Below are positions 28,922 through 37,327 of a stretch of 63,114 nt of DNA, piece by piece (the first letter of the stretch is position 1; each line of letters begins with the position of its first letter). Below the pieces are notes generated by a model. It had not been told where the DNA came from, ran no database searches, and worked only from the letters and a program-made list of their open reading frames with translations. The stretch is from an uncultured Gammaproteobacteria bacterium (lineage in GTDB: Bacteria; Patescibacteriota; Microgenomatia; UBA10105; UBA927), in the NCBI GenBank assembly GCA_964596355.1, contig CAZQTD010000005.1, positions 1-63,114 of the forward strand, written 5' to 3'. A program made the position numbers and the translations under genes.

Positions 28922-29446
28922 TGAATTTTTTATGCCATTAAGCGCCCATACGAGTCTATTGATATTCCAGCTTAATGCGTCGTGCAGTCTCTGGATTGGC
29001 GCGTTGAGGTTTGCAACAAATTTGGTCCGTAGGATATCGGCGGAGGGCAGTTGCGCCAGTCTGGCGACCTCTTGGTGATCTAGTGCGTTGCCGGAAAGGA
29101 AGCCGCCTTTAATGCTTCCCGCGCCTGCGCTGGCAAAAAACTTCATAAGCTCTTTAATCGGCGACACTTCATCCGCGTACGCAAACAGTGCAGCGCTTGA
29201 ATCGGAGAGAAATGTTTTGACAGCATCCGTATTGCTTTCTTCGCCGCGGGGCAGGCCGTCAAGCGATCGAAGCATGAGTCTGTTTTTAACAACGACGAAT
29301 TCTCCCTCAACCTTTTTAAGGAGCTTTCGGAGTTCTTCCAGCTGTTTGTGCTTCAGGCCTTTATAGTTAGCAAACACGATAGACTTTGCTTTTGCCACCT
29401 TATTTGCGAGTTTGGCAACAGTATCGATTTTTTTCTGTGTTGGCAT
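28913..29446 (-). CDS. rplJ: 50S ribosomal protein L10
   Basis: KK..V..L..K, YKGL, VVKNRL, KGGFL, LAQLPS. Confidence 0.95.
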   Translation of the reverse strand: MPTQKKIDTVAKLANKVAKAKSIVFANYKGLKHKQLEELRKLLKKVEGEFVVVKNRLMLRSLDGLPRGEESNTDAVKTFLSDSSAALFAYADEVSPIKELMKFFASAGAGSIKGGFLSGNALDHQEVARLAQLPSADILRTKFVANLNAPIQRLHDALSWNINRLVWALNGIKNSKS

Positions 29447-29590
29447 AGTCGGTAGCGATAATATGATTTTTGCTTTTTACGTTTGTTGAAAGCTCACCAT
29501 TATTTCATCAACTCAATGTTTCGTTATGATCAGAGATCTTGTTTGACACGGGCAACGTGAAAAACATGTCGAAACTCTACTGCCCGGCGT

Positions 29591-29790
29591 AAAAAATCCC
29601 GCCTAAAGCGGGGGCGTCGGTAAGTAGCAACGCACGGCATGGTGTTGCGTTGAAAGACTTGTGTCTTTACGACGCACCAACGCAACGCGGTGACCAGCTA
29701 CTTAATGTTCCCTCGGTAGGATTTATTTCGCTTCGCTCAATCCTTCTGTTGGTGGGACTTTGCGTCGCTCAACCTACGGTCTTTAGGATA
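29591..29790 (-). promoter_or_regulatory. L10 leader with downstream attenuator-like hairpin
   Basis: Minus strand AAAGACCGTAGG...AAATCCTACCGAGG core, then CCCGC-TTTA-GGCGGG + ATTTTTT; located upstream of rplJ. Confidence 0.75.
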
Positions 29791-29795
29791 AAGAG

Positions 29796-29825
29796 ATTAT
29801 ATCAAACGTTCGTAGGCCGATGCAA
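29796..29825 (-). promoter_or_regulatory. Putative rplJL promoter (TTGCAT-18-TATAAT)
   Basis: Hexamers directly upstream of the L10 leader. Confidence 0.55.
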
Positions 29826-29970
29826 GCGGCGTGGTGTAACAGCATTAGGTGAACATGTTTAGAAAACGATGAACAGATTCAGAATTCGATATTGTTGGCC
29901 TACAATGTCACTCATGTACAGCTGTATCCAATCCCGCTGGGACGGCAGGAAAAATGAATATAGGGCAGGG

Positions 29971-30002
29971 ACCATAGGGAAACAGAACCATAGGGAAACA
30001 GA
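29971..30002. repeat. 16-bp tandem duplication ACCATAGGGAAACAGA x2
   Basis: Direct reading. Confidence 0.85.
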
Positions 30003-30058
30003 ACTATTCAAGAGGAGAACATAATAGGATCTGTTCAATAGATATATTCATTAAATCA

Positions 30059-30089
30059 AAAAATATGGTAATTTCAACCACGGTCGTGG
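30059..30089 (+). repeat. Left copy of perfect 31-bp inverted repeat flanking PaaX-like gene
   Basis: AAAAATATGGTAATTTCAACCACGGTCGTGG equals reverse complement of 30947-30977. Confidence 0.92.
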
Positions 30090-30095
30090 GATGAA

Positions 30096-30122
30096 TTGAC
30101 ATATATTTTTTAGGAGTATAAT
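30096..30122 (+). promoter_or_regulatory. Consensus TTGACA/TATAAT promoter with short 15-nt spacer, next to the repeat
   Basis: TTGACA 30096-30101, TATAAT 30117-30122. Confidence 0.55.
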
Positions 30123-30156
30123 ATGAAGTTGGATGCGGCGTTTGTGATGCATAGAT

Positions 30157-30945
30157 ATGAAGCGAACAGCGGCTGACCTCCTGTTAGATCTTTCAGATGG
30201 TGCAATTAGCACGGTCGTTGATTTTACACTATGGTTTGTGGCGTTTAGCGCAGCGCTTTCGGTACCGCAATCGACGGTCGGTCAGCTTTACCGCGCACGC
30301 CGAACTGCGGATCGGTTTCTTTGGAAGATCAATTACGACGTTATCAAACGCGGATTAGCCGAAGCAAGGCGCAGGCACTGGTTTAAGCGAGGGAAAAAAG
30401 GAAAACGGGCGTGGCCTGAAATAACAAAAGCAGGAAAAAAGCGTTTTGCGGCGCTGTTTCCTGTATACGACGAAAAACGGATTTGGGACGGCGACATGTA
30501 TTTAATTACGTATGATATCCCTGAAAAGCGGCGCAATGACAGAGACCTTATCAGGGACTATGCCAAGCGGATACGAGGAGCAAAGCTCCAAGAGTCGGTC
30601 TATCTGACGCCGTATGATCCCAGAAAGCTGATTGCTGAATTTATCGAAACCCACAGGATACAGGGGACGATCATCATATCTGACATCGGAAAAGATGGAT
30701 CCATAGGAGATGAATCGCTAACGGAGCTAGTATACAGAGTGTATGGCCTTGACGCGCTCAACGAGCGATACAAAGAGTGGCTAACTGAAGTAAAAGGCGA
30801 AACCATCGATCATTGGGCTGCGCTGCGGTATTTGTCGATTCTACGCGATGACCCGCAGCTGCCTTTTCCGCTGTTGCCTCCATGGTGGAAAGGAAAAGAA
30901 GCGTACGAGCGCGTAAAGCCGTTCCTAAAAAATATGGTAAAATGA
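30157..30945 (+). CDS. PaaX-like regulator: wHTH-like region, Cas2-like central domain, PaaX_C-like tail
   Basis: 'EITKAGKKR', 'WDGDMYLITYDIPEKRR..RD', 'KLQESVYL', 'DDPQLPFPLLPPWWKG..A'. Confidence 0.85.
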   Translation: MKRTAADLLLDLSDGAISTVVDFTLWFVAFSAALSVPQSTVGQLYRARRTADRFLWKINYDVIKRGLAEARRRHWFKRGKKGKRAWPEITKAGKKRFAALFPVYDEKRIWDGDMYLITYDIPEKRRNDRDLIRDYAKRIRGAKLQESVYLTPYDPRKLIAEFIETHRIQGTIIISDIGKDGSIGDESLTELVYRVYGLDALNERYKEWLTEVKGETIDHWAALRYLSILRDDPQLPFPLLPPWWKGKEAYERVKPFLKNMVK

Positions 30946-30946
30946 G

Positions 30947-30977
30947 CCACGACCGTGGTTGAAATTACCATATTTTT
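30947..30977 (-). repeat. Right copy of perfect 31-bp inverted repeat; part of a larger imperfect palindrome 30928-30977
   Basis: CCACGACCGTGGTTGAAATTACCATATTTTT; AAAAATATGGTAA 30928-30940 pairs with its last 13 nt. Confidence 0.92.
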
Positions 30978-31008
30978 CTTGGAAAGTATTGGAAAACATT
31001 AATTTGAT

Positions 31009-31074
31009 ATGGCTATGGTTATGACTATGACTATGACTATGACTATGACTATGACTATGGTCATAGTCATGGCT
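31009..31074. repeat. Hexamer microsatellite (ATGACT)6 with degenerate flanking units
   Basis: ATGGCT ATGGTT (ATGACT)x6 at 31021-31056, then ATGGTC ATAGTC ATGGCT. Confidence 0.92.
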
Positions 31075-31404
31075 ATTGGTAGGACTATTGTTATGGTTAT
31101 TGCTAGAAGGCGTTGTATGGAGGGTTTTTCTTATGCTAGTTGCGCCATCAGGTATTTCAGATTGGCTCCAGTTAAGCTTATCCTCTAAACGTTTGTAAAA
31201 AGCGCTTCACAGCATGCAATTGCAGTTAATGCGGGGGGAAGAGTAATTGATGGCATCGACCACGCGTATTGCCCGCGAAACTGGCTTCGTGCGAACTAAA
31301 GAAACACAGCGTTTTGCGGGTTTTGCGCATCGAGTTGACCTTGATGAGATACAATACCAACCGCGCAAGCGTTTTGTGCGAGCGCATCATCCGGGGACGG
31401 GTAG

Positions 31405-32307
31405 TTAGACAAGAGCGAGTTTAATTCCCGGCCCCATGGTGGCAGTCAGCGTCGCTTTGGTGATTTTGCCCGGGCCGATGGCTTTAATGACCGCAGAAAC
31501 GTTCTCTATGAGCTTTTTGTCATCGAATGACACTTTGCCCACGCTCATATGGATGATGGGCTGATCGGGTTCAGTTTTAACGTGCACACTCCCGCTGCGC
31601 AGCTCTTCGGCGCGCTTTTCGGGATTGTCTGTTACTGTTCCATTCTTTGGGTTGGGCATCAGGCCCTTTGGTCCTAATATGCGTGCAACCTTTGCAAGCT
31701 TGGGCATCATGCTTGGGTGGGCAACAAGAATGTCGAAAGCAATCCTGCCGGCTTCAACGTCTGCCACAAGGGCGTCATCGGCTATAGCCACCGTCACTTC
31801 CTTGCCGGTTCCATGAGGGAGGTTCACGGTAGCGCGCATATCTTTCTTGTTTTCAAGGGTGAGAGGATTGAGGTTTAGATGAAGTTCCACCGTGCCGTCG
31901 AACTTCGTGAGGCTGGTTTGTTTCACCAGACTGACGGCGTCGCGCAGCGAGTACTGTTTGGTTTTATCAACCAGCGACGCTTTTTCCGTGTACCTTTTGC
32001 TTCTTGTACGCGCCTTTTTTTGTTTCTTTTTGCCGCCGCCCTTGTCCGCCGAAGCATCGCCGGTTGTCGGCGGTTCGCCGCTGTGGACCTCCTCGATAAG
32101 CTTTTTAAATTCCGGTTTAATCTCCGTGCCTTCAACGACCGCGACGCGTTCTCCGCCATGAAGCCCAACGCCTTCCACTCGTTGCTTGCCCCGAGTTTTT
32201 TCGAGGGTTTTTTTGGACTTTTTGGTGTCGCGCCTTGCTTCTGCACGACGGCGCTGCTCTTTTTCAAGAGATTCATCGCCCAATGTGGCAACTCTAATTT
32301 TACCCAT
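31405..32307 (-). CDS. rplA: 50S ribosomal protein L1 with ~100-aa charged N-terminal extension
   Basis: TKFDGTVE, LPHGTGK, ILGPKGLMPNPKNGTV, TMGPG. Confidence 0.95.
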   Translation of the reverse strand: MGKIRVATLGDESLEKEQRRRAEARRDTKKSKKTLEKTRGKQRVEGVGLHGGERVAVVEGTEIKPEFKKLIEEVHSGEPPTTGDASADKGGGKKKQKKARTRSKRYTEKASLVDKTKQYSLRDAVSLVKQTSLTKFDGTVELHLNLNPLTLENKKDMRATVNLPHGTGKEVTVAIADDALVADVEAGRIAFDILVAHPSMMPKLAKVARILGPKGLMPNPKNGTVTDNPEKRAEELRSGSVHVKTEPDQPIIHMSVGKVSFDDKKLIENVSAVIKAIGPGKITKATLTATMGPGIKLALV

Positions 32308-32378
32308 AATTCGTTAGTTGGTTATTTCGTTAATTCGTATGTTGCTTTACGAAGTAACGAACGAACTGGTATCGCTAA
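32308..32378. repeat. Octamer repeat footprint (TTCGTTAG/TTGGTTAT .. TTACGAA/CTAACTAA) between rplK and rplA
   Basis: TTCGTAA/TTACGAA inverted pair; same repeat vocabulary as 42203-42447. Confidence 0.7.
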
Positions 32379-32807
32379 CTAACGTTCTACTTCGATGCCC
32401 ATTGATCTTGCCGTTCCTTGAACTATCTTCATTGCCGCTTCGAGATTGTCGGTATTGAGGTCGGCGAGCTTATCCTTGGCAATGTGTTCTACTTGTGTTT
32501 TGGTGAGTTTGCCCGCTGATTCGCGGCCAGCTTTGCCTCCGCCCTTATCAATATTGAGCATCCGTTTGATCATGGCCGCAACCGGCGGCAGTTTGGTAAT
32601 AAATGAGAATGTGCGGTCCGCGTACACCGTGATCACTGCAGGGATTGTCTGTCCCTTGAGTTTGGCCGTTTTTTCGTTGTACGCCTTGATGAATTCCATG
32701 ATCGGCAGTCCGTGCTGACCCAACGCAGGCCCCACCGGCGGCGCGGCAGTGGCTTCTCCCGCAGGGAGGTTGAGCTTGATGACGGTTTTAATTTTTTTCG
32801 CAGCCAT
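32379..32807 (-). CDS. rplK: 50S ribosomal protein L11
   Basis: APPVGPALGQHG, VITVYADRTFSF, GTARSMG. Confidence 0.97.
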   Translation of the reverse strand: MAAKKIKTVIKLNLPAGEATAAPPVGPALGQHGLPIMEFIKAYNEKTAKLKGQTIPAVITVYADRTFSFITKLPPVAAMIKRMLNIDKGGGKAGRESAGKLTKTQVEHIAKDKLADLNTDNLEAAMKIVQGTARSMGIEVER

Positions 32808-32996
32808 GTGAATTACTTCAAAGTGAAGAACGGTTTGAGAAAGAGGAATAGATTCGAGAAAAGATAAAAAGTAGAAAAAAATTTCAGTACTTCATGATCC
32901 AGACTCGAAACTGTTCCAGTTTCTCCCTCACACATGCGAGGTGGGAATATACTACCATAACGCAGAGCAGTTTGACAAGGCTGATTTTAGTTTTCC

Positions 32997-33599
32997 TTAC
33001 AGCTTCGTTACTTGCAGGAAGTCCAGCTCAACGGGCGTTTCGCGTCCAAAGATCGATACGAGAACTTTCACTTTGCCCTTTTCCTCATCAATTGCATCTA
33101 TGGTGCCCAAAAAGTCTGCAAACGGTCCATCGACGATTTTGACCGCTTCGCCCATGCTAAAGGAGGTTTTGTACGTTGGCGCTTCCATCTGCATGAACTT
33201 GAGGATGGTTGTGACTTCTTTGTCAGAAATTGGCGTGGGTTTGTTGCCGGCTCCGACAAACGCTGTCACTCCCTGCGTTGTTCGGACGGCAAGCCATGAG
33301 GCATCGTCCAAAACCATTCGTACCAAGATGTAGCCGGGGAAGATTTTTTCCTTCTGCTCTTCCTTTTTGCCGTGCCTGACCGTGACGACATTTCTGGTGG
33401 GCACGACGATGTCAAAGATTTTGTCCGCGAGCTTCATTGTCTCTATTCGTTGCTTCAAATTGGCGGCCACTTTGTTTTCATGGCCCGAGTAGGTGTGGAC
33501 GACGTACCATTTGGCGTTTGCCGGCACATCCGTTCTCGGTTGCTCCTGCAGCGTGGGAGGCTGTTGTTGGTTAGGATCATTGGCGATGTGGTCATTCAT
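32997..33599 (-). CDS. nusG: Transcription termination/antitermination factor NusG
   Basis: WYVVHTYSGHENKV, FPGYILV, GPFADF, IFGRETPVEL. Confidence 0.97.
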   Translation of the reverse strand: MNDHIANDPNQQQPPTLQEQPRTDVPANAKWYVVHTYSGHENKVAANLKQRIETMKLADKIFDIVVPTRNVVTVRHGKKEEQKEKIFPGYILVRMVLDDASWLAVRTTQGVTAFVGAGNKPTPISDKEVTTILKFMQMEAPTYKTSFSMGEAVKIVDGPFADFLGTIDAIDEEKGKVKVLVSIFGRETPVELDFLQVTKL

Positions 33600-33712
33600 A
33601 TGACAATTAAATTGGCTATTGAGAACGTAGAAATTTGGGTACGGAAATTGGAATGTGCTCACTTCGCCTCTACCATGTTTATTGCACACGTCCCTTTCCG
33701 GACAGCTCCTTT

Positions 33713-33928
33713 CTATCTTCTAAATAGTAGTGACGTTATTTTGAGAAACGCAAAATCCAATCCTCCGATAAACGCCGCGACAAGGAGGGAAATGGCAATT
33801 ACGACCGCTGTCAGCTTAATCGTTTCTTCACGCGTGGGCCAGCTGACTTTCTTTAGTTCGCTTGCGACTTCTTTTAAGAATTGTACTGTCGGTACGTTGG
33901 GCAGCGTCGGCACGTTGGGCTTGTCCAT
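33713..33928 (-). CDS. secE: Preprotein translocase SecE
   Basis: 'FLKEVASELKKVSWPTREET', single TM; directly upstream of nusG. Confidence 0.93.
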   Translation of the reverse strand: MDKPNVPTLPNVPTVQFLKEVASELKKVSWPTREETIKLTAVVIAISLLVAAFIGGLDFAFLKITSLLFRR

Positions 33929-33993
33929 ACGATAAACCCCCTCCGAGGGGTCACTGCTATATAGTAACAAAGAGCGTGTGAAAAGTAAAGCAT

Positions 33994-36900
33994 TCATATG
34001 CCAGGGTTGGCGGTGCCGCACTGGTACGATGGTACGCAGTGCTGGTAGATATATTCCCCGTACGAGCAGCCGTTGAGTCGGGGAATTGAGGCTGCGCTTC
34101 CAAAGTAGCGGTTGCCCGCAAGCATGATTGCCCGCGCCTGCGACTGCGGGGGGCTATTGGACAGACCTTGCGATTTTTGTTGCAATATCGACACGGCCTG
34201 CCGTGCCGAAGCATTTATATCGCACGGGCTGATGTCAGACGGCGTCATGGGCCAGTTGTTGTTCCACGCGTCCGGACACGTGCGCGAACCGTCTGCCCAG
34301 CTTGACCCGCACTGCCGGCATTGATTGCTCAACTGTGTGCCTGCGGAACCAGGCGGCATCTGGTACACGCCATCCGGCATGGGGTACGGCGCATAGCCGG
34401 TGGTTATCTGGAATGGCCCGGCGGCAGAACAGCGGTTGATTCTGCACTGCGTGGACGGCTCCCACCCCGGGCCGGTTTCGATGTATTTGACTGCTTCAAG
34501 GATACATCGTGGAATTTTACCTTGAGTGGCTTCTGTAATTGCTTTTCCCACATCGGAAGTATCAAGCGGAATAGAGAAGTCTTGGTCAAGAGGCGTCGTA
34601 TCACCTTCAAGCGCCCACGTGCTGGTATTTGCTACCGATGAGTCCGACCGAAAGTCTTCGCAGTTAAAACCGTGTTCTTTTTGCTTGCTCATCGGCAGGA
34701 TGGCGCAGTTCATCGCGTAGATATTGGTCTTGATGCCGGCGATGTGGTTAAGGATGAGCTTGCCGAGCACCGGTTCGCCGCCGGTGCCGATAGCTGGCCC
34801 CTGGGCTATCATCTGGTCTGTTTCCGAGTGGTCAATCGGCATAATTCTGTTGAGAACAGTCATAGGCAGAAACGCGTTGGTAAAGCCTTTGGTTTCACCT
34901 TTGACAAACTGGTTCATTTCATCTGAATACGGGATGAACGACCCGAGCTTCATAAACTTCTGCAAATTTTTGGTGATATTGCAGACCGAAAGAGGGCAAA
35001 GGTTGCCGCTTGCGATTCCCTGCAAGACACGCTGAATCAGGCTTTGGGACAGATGAATTGCCGCCGAATAGAACTCGCTACCTTCATAGTACTTATGTTT
35101 GTTAAAATTATCCAGTTGGACTGTTTCGATAGCTGTGCCGTGATCCCGCTCGTCACAGCGGGGTCCGTCTTTGTCTTTGATGATGCGGTTGGGGTATCGC
35201 GGCGGAAAATTAAAGGCAGCGGGGTCCATCTTGTGTCTTCCAATGGTTGCGGCGGTAATTTCCGAAAATTGAAGCAATACCGAATTATCCAAATACGGGG
35301 TTTCCCAAATTCCGGTTGGAAGGAACCATGTTTGTGTTTCTGATTCCGGCGCGCACACTGACCCGCTGAATGATATTGCAAGCGGCTTGTCTCCTGGCTT
35401 ATCCACTTCCGGTATATTCGTCGTTACCTCTTGTATCGTCAGCGGCGTTAGGTATGGCGAGGCGGTCTTTAGTTGCCTTGCTTCCCGAGAAACAGGAGGA
35501 ACATTTGTCTTTTGTTGGTGGGGAAAGGCTTCGCCGAATAAGTGGTGGACCGCGTCTGAAATACAGAAAACAAATTTTCCATCATCTACACAGCCAAACG
35601 TTTTGTTAGATGGTATGGGCGCTTCGCCCACGCGCTGGTAGGTGGCGTCAAACAAACAGGTTTCATAGTTGACGGTTACCGGATCGCTCGACGGCGCTAT
35701 AGATTGCGCCCGCATGACACTAGCGCCCGGCCCCAGCCCAAAGAGCGCGCGCAGGACGTTCTGGTTACTGTAAAGCCACTTGTTATCGACTCCCTGCCGG
35801 TCGGGGTCGTAGTTGAACATGCAGGTGGCGATAGCGTTTTGCCAGTTGCCGCGCGAGCGGGTGAGGTAGTCCACGGTTTGATTGGCGGCGCCGCTATAGA
35901 CAACCAGCGGGTCATTGCCAAGGAGCGCCACACCGGTTTCAGCTATCACAATGGGCTTGCCCGGCGCATAACGCGCGGCAAGATCGGCAATGAGACCTTG
36001 TTTATATGCATGGGCAGTACCGTCTAACTGTGATCCGCTGTACTGGCCGTACGGCGCGATGGCAAACGCGGCAAATTGGCTAAAAAACTGCTTGCCGCCG
36101 AGAGCGTCCAGATAGCCTGTCCCTTGATCTGCCACTTGGTACGGATCGATCATCGGTGACGTCAGAAGATATCTCGTATTGAGAACGCCGGCGTTATTGA
36201 GGCGCGCGGCAAGAGCGGAAATAAACACGCGGACGGTAAGGGGATCCACCTGTCGGTCGCTGATTTGCACGTTGGGCTCGTTGACAGGCATGAGCCACAC
36301 GCGAGTCGTCAGTCTGCTGGCATTTCTGGCAAGCGCATCGCCCCACGCAGTTGCCCATCCTTCGTCAAGCGGCGTGCCGGGGTAGTGGAGGCGGATCATG
36401 TAGTTATACTGCGGATGCTGTGAAATGGTTGCGGCAATGCTGTCAAACCATTCAGGCCTCGCCATGATGTAGACCCACCCGCGGACACTCAAGCGTTCCA
36501 TGGCAGAGAGCGCTCCCTCTATGGATCCGCCTCGGCCGCCTGCCCAGTCGCCGATATTGATACACCCTTTGGAATTTCTCACCGGACCGGTGATCGGAGC
36601 TGTTGACTGGACGACGGTGATGGGCGCAGACGTAAATGTAAAGAGTTGGCACTGGTCCGGCGTTCCCGGCTCGTGGCCGATATTGGGAAATAGAATATTA
36701 TGACACACACCTTCGGCGTCTCCGCAGCCCAAGACGTTGGCGTTACATATCACCAGTCCTCTGCCGTTTGACTCATACGGGATGCCGTTAAATGTGAACG
36801 ATTCGGGTACATTGATTACGCGCCATGTATTATTGATATCTTCGTCCGTGCCGGCTATCTGCGCGCGATTACTCATCGCAGTGATTTCAGAACTCGTGCC

Positions 36901-37272
36901 GCCGAGAGCAAATGAGAGGCCGCTGCATTTTATATCGCCGCCGCATTCCCAGCAGGTGGAGTTTGTTTGCCCCAGCTCTTCAGACGAGCCGCACAGCGGC
37001 GCGCGCACCGAGTCAACAGAGTTTGCTTCGGTTTGAAAGTCACAGCAGACGGAATACGTGCCGTTGGGAAGCTGATTGCCTCCGGTACATTGAGCGCTTC
37101 CTGAAATATCCAGCCGATAATTCATCCGCGGGTATTTGCCCTGCTGCCGGCAAATTTGGGCTTGGGAAGGAGAATTATCGATTAGTTTGCACGCCGCCCA
37201 GACACGTGAGGGAAGCGAAAGAAAAAAGAAAATAAACAACAAAATTCCCAGCAACAGCACGGGTTTCTTCAT
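33994..37272 (-). CDS. 1092-aa secreted protein: Cys-rich N-terminus, GH-A clan-like domain, C-terminal lysozyme/lytic-transglycosylase-like domain
   Basis: Signal peptide; 'PVNEPN' and 'IAETG' catalytic-like motifs; 'ILEAVKYIETG...AGPFQIT...AIMLAGNRYFG'. Confidence 0.6.
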   Translation of the reverse strand: MKKPVLLLGILLFIFFFLSLPSRVWAACKLIDNSPSQAQICRQQGKYPRMNYRLDISGSAQCTGGNQLPNGTYSVCCDFQTEANSVDSVRAPLCGSSEELGQTNSTCWECGGDIKCSGLSFALGGTSSEITAMSNRAQIAGTDEDINNTWRVINVPESFTFNGIPYESNGRGLVICNANVLGCGDAEGVCHNILFPNIGHEPGTPDQCQLFTFTSAPITVVQSTAPITGPVRNSKGCINIGDWAGGRGGSIEGALSAMERLSVRGWVYIMARPEWFDSIAATISQHPQYNYMIRLHYPGTPLDEGWATAWGDALARNASRLTTRVWLMPVNEPNVQISDRQVDPLTVRVFISALAARLNNAGVLNTRYLLTSPMIDPYQVADQGTGYLDALGGKQFFSQFAAFAIAPYGQYSGSQLDGTAHAYKQGLIADLAARYAPGKPIVIAETGVALLGNDPLVVYSGAANQTVDYLTRSRGNWQNAIATCMFNYDPDRQGVDNKWLYSNQNVLRALFGLGPGASVMRAQSIAPSSDPVTVNYETCLFDATYQRVGEAPIPSNKTFGCVDDGKFVFCISDAVHHLFGEAFPHQQKTNVPPVSREARQLKTASPYLTPLTIQEVTTNIPEVDKPGDKPLAISFSGSVCAPESETQTWFLPTGIWETPYLDNSVLLQFSEITAATIGRHKMDPAAFNFPPRYPNRIIKDKDGPRCDERDHGTAIETVQLDNFNKHKYYEGSEFYSAAIHLSQSLIQRVLQGIASGNLCPLSVCNITKNLQKFMKLGSFIPYSDEMNQFVKGETKGFTNAFLPMTVLNRIMPIDHSETDQMIAQGPAIGTGGEPVLGKLILNHIAGIKTNIYAMNCAILPMSKQKEHGFNCEDFRSDSSVANTSTWALEGDTTPLDQDFSIPLDTSDVGKAITEATQGKIPRCILEAVKYIETGPGWEPSTQCRINRCSAAGPFQITTGYAPYPMPDGVYQMPPGSAGTQLSNQCRQCGSSWADGSRTCPDAWNNNWPMTPSDISPCDINASARQAVSILQQKSQGLSNSPPQSQARAIMLAGNRYFGSAASIPRLNGCSYGEYIYQHCVPSYQCGTANPGI

Positions 37273-37327
37273 GCCCTTTTATCTTATCAAATTGACAAGG
37301 GGAATGCAGGGGGGATAGAATCACCCT

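Noticed and set aside
29971-30002. 16-bp tandem duplication as a functional element
   Set aside because: Only two copies with no spacer; most simply a local slippage event.
30059-30977. Classical insertion sequence
   Set aside because: The ORF has no DDE, HUH or recombinase motifs and no target-site duplication is visible. Kept as an unexplained cassette instead.
30157-31074. CRISPR-Cas locus suggested by the Cas2-like domain and nearby repeats
   Set aside because: There is no repeat-spacer array and no cas1 or effector genes. The repeats are an inverted pair and a microsatellite.
32808-32996. Hidden small gene between nusG and rplK
   Set aside because: Only a ~40-codon low-complexity frame with no motif or clear start signal.
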